A stretch of DNA of 64,000 nt from contig OZ024743.1 of assembly GCA_964016885.1 (NCBI GenBank), positions 129,456,001 to 129,520,000 of the forward strand. The letters are read 5' to 3'. The notes beneath the pieces are model-generated. The model did not search any database, was not told the DNA's origin, and saw nothing but the letters and a program-made list of their open reading frames with translations. This DNA is from Eledone cirrhosa. Taxonomy: Eukaryota. The translations under genes were made by a program, and so were the position numbers. Shown piece after piece: positions 1-15,664 of this stretch. Every line of letters starts with the position of its first letter. The first letter of the stretch is position 1.

Positions 1-2250
1 CACCAAACACCAAGCAACAAGCACCAAACACCAAGCACCAAGCAGCAAACAGCAAGCAGCAAGCAGAAAGCACCAAACAACAAACACCAAGCACAAAGCA
101 CCAAACACCAAGCACCAAGGACCAAACACCAAACACCAAGCACCAAGCACCAAACACCTAACACCAAGCACCAAGCACCAAACACGAAACACCAAGCACC
201 AAGCACCAAACACCAAGCACCAAGCACCAAACACCAAGCACCAAGCATAAAACACCAAGCACCAAGCACCAAACACCTAACACCAAGCACCAAGCACCAA
301 GCACCAAACACCAAGCACCAAACACCAAACACCAAGCACCAGGCACCAAGCACCAAGCACCAAACACCAAGCCCCAAGCACCAAGCACCAAACACCAAAC
401 ACCAAGCACCAAGCAACAAACACCTTGCACCAGGCACCAAGCACCAAACACCAAGCACCAAGCACCAAACACCAAGCACCAAGCATGAAGCACCAAACAC
501 CTAACACCAAGCACCAAGCACCAAGCACCAAACAGCAAGCACCAAACACGAAACACCAAGCAGCAAGCACCAAACACCAAGCACCAAGCACCAAACACCA
601 ACCACCCAGCACCAAGCACCAAGCACCAAACACCAAGCACCAAGCACCAAACACCAAACACCAAACACCAAGCACCAAGCACCAAACACCAAGCACCAAA
701 CACCATGCACCAAACAACAAGCACCAGGCACCAAGCACCAAACACCAAACACTAAGCACCAAGCACAAAACACCAAGCACGAAGCACCAAGCACCAAACA
801 CCAAACAGCAAACAGCAAACACCAAACACCAAACAGCAAACAGCAAACACCAACCACCAATCACCAAACAACAAGCACCAGGCACCAAGCACCAAGCACC
901 AAACACCAAGCACCAAGCACCAAACACCAAACACCAAGCACCAAAGACCAAACACCAAACAGCAAACACCAAACAGCAAACACCAAACATGAAACAGCAA
1001 ACACCATAGAGCAAACACCAAACACCAAAAAGCAGACACCAAACAGCAAACCCCAAACACCAAACACCAAACACTAAACAGCAAACAGCAAACACCAAGC
1101 ACCAAACACCAAGTTCCAAGCACCAAACACCAAGCACCAAGCACCAAACACCAAACCCCAAGCACCAAGCACCAAACTCTAATCACAATGCACCAAGCAC
1201 TAAGCACTAAACACCAAGCACCAAGCACCAAGCACTAAACACCAAGCACCAAGCACCAAGCACTAAACACCAAACACCAAGGACCAAGCACCAAGCACCA
1301 AGAACCAAACACCAAGCACCAAGCACCAAACACCAAGCACCAAGCACCAAACACCAACCACCCAGCACCAAGCACCAAGCACCAAACACCAAGCACCAAG
1401 CACCAAACACCAAACACCAAACACCAAGCATCAAACACCAAGCACCAAGCACCAAGCACCAAACACCAAGCCCCAAGCACCAAACACCAAACACCAAACA
1501 CCAAGCACCAAACACCAAGCAGCAATCACCAAGCACCAAACACCAAGCAGCAGCACCAAGCACCAAACACCAAGCCCCAAGCACCAAACACCTAACACCA
1601 AGCACCAAGTACCAAACACCAAGCACCAAGCACGAAGGACAAAACACCAAGCACCAAGCACCAAACACCTAACACCAACCACGAAGCACCAAACACCAAG
1701 CACCAAGCACCAAACACCAAACACCAAACACCAAGCACCAAGCACCAAACACCAAGCACCAAGCGCCAAACACCAAGCCCCAAGCACCAAGCACCAAACA
1801 CCAAGCACCAAACACCAAACACCAAGCACCAAGCACCAAACACCAAGCACCAAACACCAAGAACCAAGCACCAAACACCAAGCACCAAGCACCAAGTACA
1901 AACACCAAGCACCAAGCATCAAACACCAAGCATCAAGCACCAAACACCAAACACCAAGCAACAAGCACCAAACACCAAGCACCAAGCAGCAAACACAAAG
2001 CAGCAAGCAGAAAGCACCAAACAACAAACACCAAGCACAAAGCACCAAACACCAAGCACCAAGGACCAAACACCAAACACCAAGCACCAAGCACCAAACA
2101 CCTAACACCAAGCACCAAGCACCAAACACGAAACACCAAGCACCAAGCAGCAAACACCAAGCACCAAGCACCAAACACCAAGCACCAAGCATAAAACACC
2201 AAGCACCAAGCACCAAACACCTAACACCAAGCACCAAGCACCAAGCACAA
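1..2250 (+). repeat. Dispersed HOR block: 1-~300 repeated at ~1945-2250 (offset 1944)
   Basis: The variant string CAACAAG..CAGCAAG CAGAAAG..CAACAAA..CACAAAG..GACCAAA..CACCTAA..CACGAAA..CATAAAA is present in both places. ORF ends 158/2102 and 277/2221 differ by 1944. Confidence 0.85.
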
Positions 2251-5074
2251 AACACCAAGCACCAAACACCAAACACCAAGCACCAAGCACCAAGCACCAA
2301 GCACCAAGCACCAAACACCAAACACCAAGCACCAAGCACCAAACACCAAACAGCAAACAGGAAACACCAAACAGCAAACAGCAAACTCCATACATGAAAC
2401 AGCAAACACCATACAGCAAACACCAAACACCAAAAAGCAGACACCAAACAGCAAACACCAAACACCAAACACCAAACACCAAACAGAAAACACCAAACAC
2501 CAAGCACCAAACACCAAGCACCAAGCACTAAACACCAAGCACCAAGCACCAAACACCAAACCCCAAGCACCAAGCACCAAACACTAATCACCCAGCACCA
2601 AGCACCAAACACCAAGCACCAAGCACCAGACACCAAACACCAAGCACCAAAGACCAAGCACCAAGCACCAAGCAACAAACACCAAGCACCAAGCACCAAG
2701 CACCAAACACCAAGCACCAAGCACCAAACGCAAACCACCCAGCACCAAGCACCAAGCACCAACCACCAAGCACCAAGAACCAAACACCAAACACAAAACA
2801 CCAAGCACCAAGCACCAAGCAGCACACACCAAGCATCAAACACCAAACACCAAACACCAAGCACCAAACACCAAGCACCAAGCACTAAGCACCAAGCACC
2901 AAGCACCAAACGCCAAGCACCCAGCACCAAACACCAAACACCAAGCACCAACCACCAAACACCAAACACCAAGCACCAAACACCAGACACCAGGCACCAA
3001 ACACCAAGCACCAAGCACCAAGCACCAAGCACCAAACAACAAGCACCAGGTACCAAGCACCAAACACCAAAAACCAAGCACCAAGCACCAAACACCAAGC
3101 ACCAAGCACCAAATGCCAAACACCAGGCACCAAGCACAAAACACCAAACACCAAAAAGCAGACACCAAACAGCAAACACCAAACACCAAGCACCAGGCAC
3201 CAAGCACCAAGCACCAAACACCAAGCAGCAAGCAGCAAGCACCAAACACCAAACACCAAGCACCAAGCACCAAACACCTAACACCAAGCACCAAGCACCA
3301 AGCACCAAGCACCGAACACCAAGCACCAAACAGCAAGCACCAAACACCAAGCACCAAGCACCGAACACCAAGCACCAAACACCAAGCACCAATCACCAAG
3401 CACCAGACACCAAGCACCAGGCACCAAGCACCAAACACCAAGCACCATGCACCAAACACCAAGCACCAAGCACGAAGCACCAAAGACCAAGCACCAAGCA
3501 CCAAACACTTAACACCAAGCACCAAGCACCAAGCACCAAACACCAAGCACCAAACACCAAACACCAAGCACCAAGTACCAAACACCAAGCACCAAGCACC
3601 AAACACCAAGCACCAAGCACCAATCACCAAACACCAAGAACCAACACCAAACACCAAGCACCAAGCACCAAACACCAAGCACCAAACACCAAACACCAAG
3701 CACCAAACACCAAACACCAACAACCAAGCACCAAAACCCAAACACCAAACACCAAGCACCAAGCACCAAATGCCAAACACCAGGCACCAAGCACAAAACA
3801 CCAAACACCAAAAAGCAGACACCAAACAGCATACACAAAACACCAAGCACCAGGCACCAAGCACCAAACACCAAACACCAAACACCAAGCACCAAGAACC
3901 AAACTCCAAACACCAAACAGCAAGCACCAAGCACCAAACACCAAGCACCAAACACCAAACCCCAAGCACCAATCACCAAACACTAATCACCAAGCAGCAA
4001 GCACCAAACACCAAGCACCAAGCACCAAACACCAAACCCCAAGCACCAAAGACCAAGCACCAAGCACCAAGGACCAGACACCAAGCACCAAGCACCAAAC
4101 ACCAAGCACCAAACACCAAGCACCAGGCACCAAACACCAAACACCAAACACCAAGCACCAAGCACCAAACAGCAAGCACCAAACACCAAACACCAAACAG
4201 CAAACACCAAACAGCAAACATCAAACAGCAAACAGCAAACAGCAAACGCCAAACACCAAGCACCAAGCACCAAGCACCAAACACCAAGCACCAAGCACCA
4301 AGCACAAAACACCAAACACCAAGCACCAAGGACCAAACATCAAACACCAAGCACCAAGCACCAAGCACCAAGCACAAAGCACCGAACACCAAGCACCAAG
4401 CACCAAGCACCAAACACCAAGAACCAAACAACCAAGGACCAGGCACCAAGCACCAAACACCAAGCACCATGCACCAAACACCAAGCACCAAGCACGAAGC
4501 ACCTAACACCAAGCACCAAGCACCAAACACTTAACACCAAGCACCAAGCACCAAGCACCAAACACAAAGCACCAAACACCAAACACCAAACACCAAACAC
4601 CAAGCACCAATCACCAAGCACCAAACACCAAGCAGCAAGCAGCAAGCACCAAACACCAAACACCAAGCACCAAGCACCAAACACCTAACACCAAGCACCA
4701 AGCACCAAGCACCAAGCACCGAACACCAAGCACCAAACAGCAAGCACCAAACACCAAGCACCAAGCACCGAACACCAAGCACCAAACACCAAGCACCAAT
4801 CACCAAGCACCAGACACCAAACACCAGGCACCAAGCACCAAACACCAAGCACCATGCACCAAACATCAAGCACCAAGCACGAAGCACCAAAGACCAAGCA
4901 CCAAGCACCAAACACTTAACACCAAGCACCAAGCACCAAGCACCAAACACCAAGCACCAAACACCAAACACCAAGCACCAAGTACCAAACACCAAGCACC
5001 AAGCACCAAACACCAAGCACCAAGCACCAATCACCAAACACCAAGAACCAACACCAAACACCAAGCACCAAGCA

Positions 5075-5870
5075 CCAAACACCAAGCACCAAACACCAAA
5101 CACCAAGCACCAAACACCAAACACCAACAACCAAGCACCAAAACCCAAACACCAAGCACCAAGCACCAAACACCAAACACCAAACACCAGACACCAAGCA
5201 CGAAACACCAAACACCAAACACCAAGCACCAAGCACCAAACACCAAGTACCAAACAGCAAACCCCAAGCACCAAGCACAAAACACTAATCACCAAGCACC
5301 AAGCACCAAACAACAAGCACCAAGCACCAAGAACCAGGCACCAAGCACCAAAGACCAAACACAAAACACCAAGCACCAAGCACCAAGCAGCACACACCAA
5401 GCATCAAACACCAAACACCAAGCACCAAGTACCAAACACCAAACACCAAGCACCAAGCACCAAGCACCAAGCACCAAACACCAAGCACCCAGCACCAAAC
5501 ACCAAGCACCAAGCACCCAGCACCAAACACCAAGCACCAAACACCAAACACCAAGCACCAAACACCAAACACCAACAACCAAGCACCAAAACCCAAACAC
5601 CAAGCACCAAGCACCAAACACCAAACACCAAACACCAGACACCAAGCACCAAACACCAAACACCAAACACCAAGCACCAAGCACCGAACACCAAGTACCA
5701 AACAGCAAACCCCAAGCACCAAGCACAAAACACTAATCACCAAGCACCAAGCACCAAACAACAAGCACCAAGCACCAAGAACCAGGCACCAAGCACCAAA
5801 CACCAAACACAAAACACCAAGCACCAAGCACCAAGCAGCACACACCAAGCATCAAACACCAAACACCAAA
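5075..5870 (+). repeat. 448-bp (64-heptamer) tandem doublet; the same doublet recurs at ~17120-17910 and ~20770-21560
   Basis: CACCAACAACCAAG at 5122/5570 and CACTAAT at 5283/5731 are both offset by 448; CAGCACA CACCAAG CATCAAA is repeated at the same offset. Confidence 0.88.
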
Positions 5871-8800
5871 CACCAAGCACCAAACACCAAACACCAAGCA
5901 CTAAGCACCAAGCACCAAGCACCAAACTCCAAGCACCCAGCACCAAACACCAAACACCAAGCACCAACCACCAAACACCAAACACCAAGCACCAAACACC
6001 AGACACCAGGCACCAAACACCAAGCACCAAGCACCAAGCACCAAACACCAAACAACAAGCACCAGGTACCAAGCACCAAACACCAAACACCAAGCACCAA
6101 GCACCAAACACCAAGCACCAAGCACCAAATGCCAAACACCAGGCACCAAGCACAAAACACCAAACACCAAAAAGCAGACACCAATCAGCAAACACCAAAC
6201 ACCAAGCACCAGGCACCAAGCACCAAACACCAAGCACCAAGCAAGAAACACCAAGCATGAAGACCGAAGCACCAAACACCAAGCACCAAGCTCCAAACAC
6301 AAAACACCAAGCACCAAGCACCAAGCACCAAACACCAAACACCAAGCACCAAGAACCAAACACCAAACACCAAGCACCAAGGACCAAACATCAAGCACAA
6401 GCACCAAGCACCAAACACCTTACACCAAGCACCAAGCACCAAGCACCAAGCACCAAACACCAAGCACCAAACACCAAGCACCAAGCACCAAATACCAAGC
6501 AACAAGCACCAAACACCAAGCACCAAGCACCAAGCACCAAACACCAAGCACCAAGCACCAAACACCAAACCCCAAGCACCAAACACCAAACCGCAAGCAC
6601 CAAGCACCAAACACTAATCACCAAGCACCAAGCACCAAACAACAAGAACGAAGCACCAAGCACCAGGCACCAAGCACCAAGCACCAAACACAAAACACCA
6701 AGCACCAAGCACCAAGCAGCAAACACCAAGCATCAAACACCAAACACCAACCACCAAGCACCAAACACCAAGCACCAGGAACCAAACACCAAACACCAAG
6801 CACCAAGCACGAAGCACCAAACACCAAACACCAAGCACCAAATACCAGATACCAAGCACCAAGCACCAAACACCAAACATCAAGCACCAGGCACCAAGCA
6901 CCAAACACCAAACACCAAGCACCAAGCACCAAACACCAAACACCAAGCACGCAGCATCAAACACCAAGCACCAAGCACCAAGCACCAAACACCAAGCACC
7001 AAGCACCAAGCACCAAGTACCTAACACCAAACACCAAGCAACAAACACCAAACACCAGGCACCAAGCACCAAGACCCAAACACCAAACACCAAGCACGAA
7101 ACACCAGCCACCAAGCACCAAGTACCAAACACCAAACACCAAGCACTAAGCACCAAACACCAAACAACAAGCACCAGGCACCAAGCACCAAACACCAAAC
7201 ACCAAGCACGCAGCACCAAACACCAAGCACCAAGCACCAAGCACCAAACACCAAGCACCAAGCACAAAGCACCAAACACCAAACACCAAACACCAAACAG
7301 CAAGCACCAAGCACCAAACACCAAACACCAAACAGCAAGCACCAAGCACCAAACACCAAGCACCAAACACCAAACCCCAAGCACCAATCACCAAACACTA
7401 ATCACGAAGCACCAAGCACCAAACACCAAGCACCAAGCAGCAAGCACCAAACACCAAGCACCAAGCACCAATCACCAAGCACCAAACACCAAGCACCAAG
7501 CACCAAACGCCAAACCCTAAGCACCAAAGACCAAGCACCAAGCACCAAGGACCAAACACCAAGCACCAAGCACCAAGCACCAAACACCAAGCACCAAGCA
7601 CCAAGCACCAAGCACCGAACACCAAGCACCAAGCACCAAACACCAAACCCCAAGCACCAAAGACCAAGCACCAAGCACCAAGGACCAAACACCAAGCACC
7701 AAGCACCAAGCACCAAACACCAAGCACCAAGCACCAAGCACCAAACACCCAGCACCAAGCACCAAACACCAAGCACCAAGCACCAAACACAAAACACCAA
7801 ACACCAAACAGCAAACACCAAACACCAAACAGCAAAAACCAAATACGAAACAGCAAACACCATACAGCAAATACCAAACACCAAAAAGCAGACACCAAGC
7901 AGCAAACACAAAACACCAAACACCAAACACCAAACACCAAGCACCAAGCACCAACCACCAAACCCCAAGCACCAAGCAACAAACACTAATCACCAAGCAC
8001 CAAGCACCAAACACCAAGCACCAAGCACCAATCACCAAACACCAAGCACCAAGCACCAAACGCCAAACCCCAAGCACCAAAGACCAAGCACCAAGCACCA
8101 AGCACCAAACACTAATCACCAAGCACCAAGCACCAAACAACAAGAACGAAGCACCAAGCACCAGGCACCAAGCACCAAGCACCAAACACAAAACACCAAG
8201 CACCAAGCACCAAGCAGCAAACACCAAGCATCAAACAACAAACACCAACCACCAAGCACCAAACACCAAGCACCAAACACCAAGCACCAGGAACCAAGCA
8301 CCAAGCACGAAGCACCAAACACCAAACACCAAGCACCAAATACCAGATACCAAGCACCAAGCACCAAACACCAAACACCAAGCACCAAGCACCAAACACT
8401 AAACAACAAGCACCAGGCACCAAGCACCAAACACCAAACACCAAGCACCAAGCCCCAAACACCAAACACCAAGCACGCAGCATCAAACACCAAGCACCAA
8501 GCACCAAGCACCAAACACCAAGCACCAAGCACCAAGCACCAAGTAACAAACACCAAACACCAAGCAACAAACACCAAACACCAAGGACCAAACACCAAGC
8601 ACCAAGCACCAAACACCAAGCACCAAGCACCAAACACCCAGCACCAAGCACCAAGCACCAAACACCAAGCACCAAGCACCAAACACAAAACACCAAACAC
8701 CAAACAGCAAACACCAAACACCAAACAGCAAAAACCAAATACGAAACAGCAAACACCATACAGCAAACACCAAACACCAAAAAGCAGACACCAAACAGCA

Positions 8801-11800
8801 AACACAAAACACCAAACACCAAACACCAAACACCAAGCACCAAGCACCAACCACCAAACCCCAAGCACCAAGCAACAAACACTAATCACCAAGCACCAAG
8901 CACCAAACACCAAGCACCAAGCACCAAGCACCAAACGCCAAACACCAAGCACCAAAGACCAAGCACCAAGCACCAAACACCCACCACCCAGCACCAAACA
9001 CCAAGCACCAAACACCAAGCACCAAACACCAAACACCAAGCACCAAGCACCAAGCACCAAACACCAAGCCCCAAGCACCAAGCACCAAACACCAAACACC
9101 AAGCACCAAGCACCAAACAACAAGCACCAAGCACCAATCACAAAGAACGAAACAACAAGCAGCAAGCAGCAAGCACCAAACACCAAACACCAAGCACCAA
9201 ACACCAAACACCAAGCACCAAGGACCCAATATCAAACACCAAGCACCAAGCACCAAACACCAAACACCAAGCACCAAGCACCAAGCACCAAGCACCGAAC
9301 ACCAAGCCCCAAACACCAAGCACCAAACACCAAGCACCAAACACCAAACACGAAGTCCCACGCACCAAGCACCAAACACCAAACAGCAAGCACCAAGCAC
9401 CAAACACCAAGCACCAAGCACCAAGCCCCTAGCACCAAACACCAAACACCAAGCACCAAGCACAAAATACCAAGCACCAATCACCAAGCACCAAACACCA
9501 AGGAGCAAGCAGCAAGCACCAAACACCAAACACCAAGCACCAAGCACCAAACACCAAACACCAAGCACCAAGCACCAAACATCAAACACCAAGCACCAAG
9601 CACCAAACACTTAACACCAAGCACCAAGCACCAAGCACCAAACACCAAGCACCAAGCACCAAACACGAAACACCAAACACCAAACAGCAAACACCAAACA
9701 CCAAACAGCAAAAATCAAATACGAAACAGCAAACACCATACAGCAAACACCAAACACCAAAAAGCAGACACCAAACAGCAAACACAAAACACCAAACACC
9801 AAACACCAAACACCAAGCACCAAGTACCAACCACCAAACCCCAAGCACCAAGCAACAAACACTAATCACCAAGCACCAAGCACCAAACACCAAGCACCAA
9901 GCACCAAGCACCAAACACCAAGCACCAAGCACCAAACGCCAAACACCAAGCACCAAAGACCAAGCACCAAGCACCAAGCACCAAACACCAAGCACCAAAC
10001 ACCAAGCACCAAACACCAAACACCAAGCACCAAGCACCAAGCACCAAACACCAAGCCCCAAGCACCAAGCACCAAACACCAAACACCAAGCACCAAGCAC
10101 CAAACAACAAGCACCAAGCACCAATCACAAAGAACGAAACAACAAGCAGCAAGCAGCAAGCACCAAACACCAAACACCAAGCACCAAGGACCCAATATCA
10201 AACACCAAGCACCAAGCACCAAACACCAAACACCAAGCACCAAGCACCAAGCACCAAGCACCGAACACCAAGCCCCAAACACCAAGCACCAAACACCAAG
10301 CACCAAACACCAAACACGAAGTCCCACGCACCAAGCACCAAACACCAAACAGCAAGCACCAAGCACCAAACACCAAGCACCAAGCACCAAGCCCCTAGCA
10401 CCAAACACCAAACACCAAGCACCAAGCACAAAATACCAAGCACCAATCACCAAGCACCAAACACCAAGGAGCAAGCAGCAAACATCAAACACCAAGCACC
10501 AAGCACCAAACACTTAACACCAAGCACCAAGCACCAAGCACCAAACACCAAGCACCAATCACAAAGAACGAAACAAGCAGCAAGCAGCAAGCACCAAACA
10601 CCAAACACCAAGCATCAAACACCAAACACCAAGCACCAAGGACCCAACATCAAACACCAAGCACCAAGCACCAAGCAGCACACACCAAGCATCAAACACC
10701 AAACACCAAACACCAAGCACCAAACACCAAACACCAAGCACTAAGCACCAAGCACCAAGCACCAAACTCCAAGCACCCAGCACCAAACACCAAACACCAA
10801 GCACCAACCACCAAACACCAAACACCAAGCACCAAACACCAGACACCAGGCACCAAACACCAAGCACCAAGCACCAAGCACCAAACACCAAACAACAAGC
10901 ACCAGGTACCAAGCACCAAACACCAAAAACCAAGCACCAAGCACTAAACACCAAGCACCAAGCACCAAATGCCAAACACCAGGCACCAAGCACAAAACAC
11001 CAAACACCAAAAAGCAGACACCAAACAGCAAACACCAAACACCAAGCACCAGGCACCAAGCACCAAACACCAAGCACCAAGCAAGAAACACCAAGCATGA
11101 AGACCGAAGCACCAAACACCAAGCACCAAGCTCCAAACACAAAACACCAAGCACCAAGCACCAAGCACCAAACACCAAACACCAAGCACCAAGCACCAAA
11201 CACCAAACACCAAGCACCAAGGACCAAACATCAAGCACAAGCACCAAGCACCAAACACCTTACACCAAGCACCAAGCACCAAGCACCAAGCACCAAACAC
11301 CAAGCACCAAACACCAAGCACCAAGCACCAAACACCAAGCAACAAGCAACAAACACCAAGCACCAAGCACCAAGCACCAAACACCAAGCACCAAGCACCA
11401 AACACCAAACCCCAAGCACCAAACACCAAACCGCAAGCACCAAGCACCAAACACTAATCACCAAGCACCAAGCACCAAACAATAAGAACGAAGCACCAAG
11501 CACCAGGCACCAAGCACCAAGCACCAAACACAAAACACCAAGCACCAAGCACCAAGCAGCAAACACCAAGCATCAAACACCAAACACCAACCACCAAGCA
11601 GCAAACACCAAGCACCAGGAACCAAACACCAAACACCAAGCACCAAGCACGAAGCACCAAACACCAAACACCAAGCACCAAATACCAGATACCAAGCACC
11701 AAGCACCAAACACTAAACATCAAGCACCAGGCACCAAGCACCAAACACCAAACACCAAGCACCAAGCACCAAACACCAAACACCAAGCACGCAGCATCAA

Positions 11801-14540
11801 ACACCAAGCACCAAGCACCAAGCACCAAACACCAAGCACCAAGCACCAAGCACCAAGTACCTAACACCAAACACCAAGCAACAAACACCAAACACCAAGC
11901 ACCAAGCACCAAGCACGAAACACCAGGCACCAAGCACCAAGCACCAAACACCAAACACCAAGCACGAAACACCAGCCACCAAGCACCAAGTACCAAACAC
12001 CAAACACCAAGCACTAAGCACCAAACACCAAACAACAAGCACCAGGCACCAAGCACCAAACACCAAACACCAAGCACGCAGCACCAAACACCAAGCACCA
12101 AGCACCAAGCACCAAACACCAAGCACCAAGCACCAAGCACCAAACACCAAACACCAAACACCAAACAGCAAGCACCAAGCACCAAACACCAAACACCAAA
12201 CAGCAAGCACCAAGCACCAAACACCAAGCACCAAACACCAAACCCCAAGCACCAATCACCAAACACTAATCACGAAGCACCAAGCACCAAACACCAAGCA
12301 CCAAGCACCAATCACCAAGCACCAAACACCAAGCACCAAGCACCAAACGCCAAACCCCAAGCACCAAAGACCAAGCACCAAGCACCAAGGACCAAACACC
12401 AAGCACCAAGCACCAAGCACCAAACACCGAGCACCAAGCACCAAGCACCAAGCACCGAACACCAAGCACCAAGCACCAAACACCAAACCCCAAGCACCAA
12501 AGACCAAGCACAAGCACCAAGGACCAAACACCAAGCACCAAGCACCAAACATCCAGCACCAAGCACCAAGCACCAAACACCAAGCACCAAGCACCAAACA
12601 CAAAACACCAAACACCAAACAGCAAACACCAAACACCAAACAGCAAAAACCAAATACGAAACAGCAAACACCATACAGCAAACACCAAACACCAAAAAGC
12701 AGACACCAAGCAGCAAACACAAAACACCAAACACCAAACACCAAACACCAAGCACCAAGCACCAACCACCAAACTCCAAGCCCCAAGCAACAAACACTAA
12801 TCACCAATCACCAAGCACCAAACACCAAGCACCAAGCACCAAGCACCAAACACCAAGCACCAAGGACCAAACGCCAAACACCAAGCACCAAAGACCAAGC
12901 ACCAAGCACCAAGCACCAAACACTAATCACCAAGCACCAAGCACCAAACAACAAGAACGAAGCACCAAGCACCAGGCACCAAGCACCAAGCACCAAACAC
13001 AAAACACCAAGCACCAAGCACCAAGCAGCAAACACCAAGCATCAAACACCAAACACCAACCACCAAGCACCAAACACCAAGCACCAAACACCAAGCACCA
13101 GGAACCAAGCACCAAGCACGAAGCACCAAACACCAAACACCAAGCACCAAATACCAGATACCAAGCACCAAGCACCAAACACCAAACACCAAGCACCAAG
13201 CACCAAACAATAAACAACAAGCACCAGGCACCAAGCACCAAACACCAAACACCAAGCACCAAGCACCAAACACCAAACACCAAGCACGCAGCATCAAACA
13301 CCAAGCACCAAGCACCAAGCACCAAACACCAAGCACCAAGCACCAAGCACCAAGTACCAAACACCAAACACCAAGCAACAAACACCAAACACCAAGGACC
13401 AAACACCAAGCACCAAGCACCAAACACCAAGCACCAAGCACCAAACACCCAGCACCAAGCACCAAGCACCAAACACCAAGCACCAAGCACCAAACACAAA
13501 ACACCAAACACCAAACAGCAAACACCAAACACCAAACAGCAAAAACCAAATACGAAACAGCAAACACCATACAGCAAACACCAAACACCAAAAAGCAGAC
13601 ACCAAACAGCAAACACAAAACACCAAACACCAAACACCAAACACCAAGCACCAAGCACCAACCACCAAACCCCAAGCACCAAGCAACAAACACTAATCAC
13701 CAAGCACCAAGCACCAAACACCAAACACCAAGCACCAAGCACCAAGCACCAAACACCAAGCACCAAGCACCAAACGCCAAACACCAAGCACCAAAGACCA
13801 AGCACCAAGCACCAAGCACCAAACAACAAGCACCAAACACCAAGCACCAAACACCAAGCACCAAGCACCAAACACCCACCACCCAGCACCAAACACCAAG
13901 CACCAAACACCAAGCACCAAACACCAAACACCAAGCACCAAGCACCAAGCACCAAACACCAAGCCCCAAGCACCAAGCACCAAACACCAAACACCAAGCA
14001 CCAAGCACCAAACAACAAGCACCAAGCACCAATCACAAAGAACGAAACAACAAGCAGCAAGCAGCAAGCACCAAACACCAAACACCAAGCACCAAACACC
14101 AAACACCAAGCACCAAGGACCCAATATCAAACACCAAGCACCAAGCACCAAACACCAAACACCAAGCACCAAGCACCAAGCACCAAGCACCGAACACCAA
14201 GCCCCAAACACCAAGCACCAAACACCAAGCACCAAACACCAAACACGAAGTCCCACGCACCAAGCACCAAACACCAAACAGCAAGCACCAAGCACCAAAC
14301 ACCAAGCACCAAGCACCAAGCCCCTAGCACCAAACACCAAACACCAAGCACCAAGCACAAAATACCAAGCACCAATCACCAAGCACCAAACACCAAGGAG
14401 CAAGCAGCAAGCACCAAACACCAAACACCAAGCACCAAGCACCAAACACCAAACACCAAGCACCAAGCACCAAACATCAAACACCAAGCACCAAGCACCA
14501 AACACTTAACACCAAGCACCAAGCACCAAGCACCAAACAC
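5820..14540 (+). repeat. ~4.8-4.9 kb HOR: ~5820-9640 repeated at ~10665-14540
   Basis: ORF pairs give offsets of 4840 (6257/11097, 6391/11231), 4811 (8112/12923) and 4895 (9138/14033). Shared landmarks include CATGAAG ACCGAAG, CACCTTA, CCGCAAG and TACCAGA TACCAAG. Confidence 0.9.
8690..10530 (+). repeat. ~0.98 kb tandem doublet (counterpart at ~24400-26290)
   Basis: The modules TACGAAA..CACCATA..AAGCAGA, CACAAAG AACGAAA, GACCCAA TATCAAA, CACGAAG TCCCACG and CCCCTAG occur twice in succession, offset ~966-987. Confidence 0.85.
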
Positions 14541-15065
14541 CAAGCACCAATCACAAAGAACGAAACAAGCAGCAAGCAGCAAGCACCAAACACCAAACAC
14601 CAAGCACCAAACACCAAACACCAAGCACCAAGGACCCAACATCAAACACCAAGCACCAAGCACCAAACACCAAACACCAAGCACCAAGCACCAAGCACCA
14701 AGCACCGAACACCAAGCCCCAAACACCAGGCACCAAACACCAAGCACCAAACACCAAACACGAAGTCCCACGCACCAAGCACCAAACACCAAACAGCAAG
14801 CACCAAGCACCAAACACCAAGCACCAAGCACCAAGCCCCTAGCACCAAACACCAAACACCAAGCACCAAGCACAAAACACCAAGCACCAAACACCAAGCA
14901 CCAAACACCAAGCAGCAAGCAGCAAGCACCAAACACCAAACACCAAGCACCAAGCACCAAACACCAAACACCAAGCACCAAGCACCAAACATCAAACACC
15001 AAGCACCAAGCACCAAACACTTAACACCAAGCACCAAGCACCAAGCACCAAACACCAAGCACCAA
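14030..15065 (+). repeat. ~515-518 bp tandem doublet; recurs at ~35340-36370 and ~38920-39955
   Basis: ORF pairs 14033/14551, 35342/35860 and 38923/39441 are all offset by 518. The TCCCACG and CCCCTAG landmarks are duplicated. Confidence 0.85.
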
Positions 15066-15664
15066 TCACCAAACACCAAGCACCAAGCACCAAGCATGAA
15101 ACACCAGGCACCAAGCACCAAGCACCAAACACAGAGCACCAAACACCAGCCACCAAGCACCAAGTACCAAACACCAAACACCAAGCACTAAGCACCAAAC
15201 ACCAAACAACAAGCACCAGGCACCAAGCACCAAACACCAAACACCAAGCACGCAGCACCAAACACCAAGCACCAAGCACCAAGCACCAAACACCAAGCAC
15301 CAAGCACCAAGCACCAAACACCAAACACCAAACACCAAACAGCAAGCACCAAGCACCAAACACCAAACACCAAACAGCAAGCACCAAGCACCAAACACCA
15401 AGCACCAAACACCAAACCCCAAGCACCAATCACCAAACACTAATCACGAAGCACCAAGCACCAAACACCAAGCACCAAGCACCAAGGACCAAACACCAAG
15501 CACCAAGCACCAAGCACCAAACACCAAGCACCAAGCACCAAGCACCAAGCACCAAACACCAAGCACCAAGCACCAAACACCAAACCCCAAGCACCAAAGA
15601 CCAAGCACCAAGCACCAAGGACCAAACACCAAACATCAAGCACCAGGCACCAAGCACCAAACAC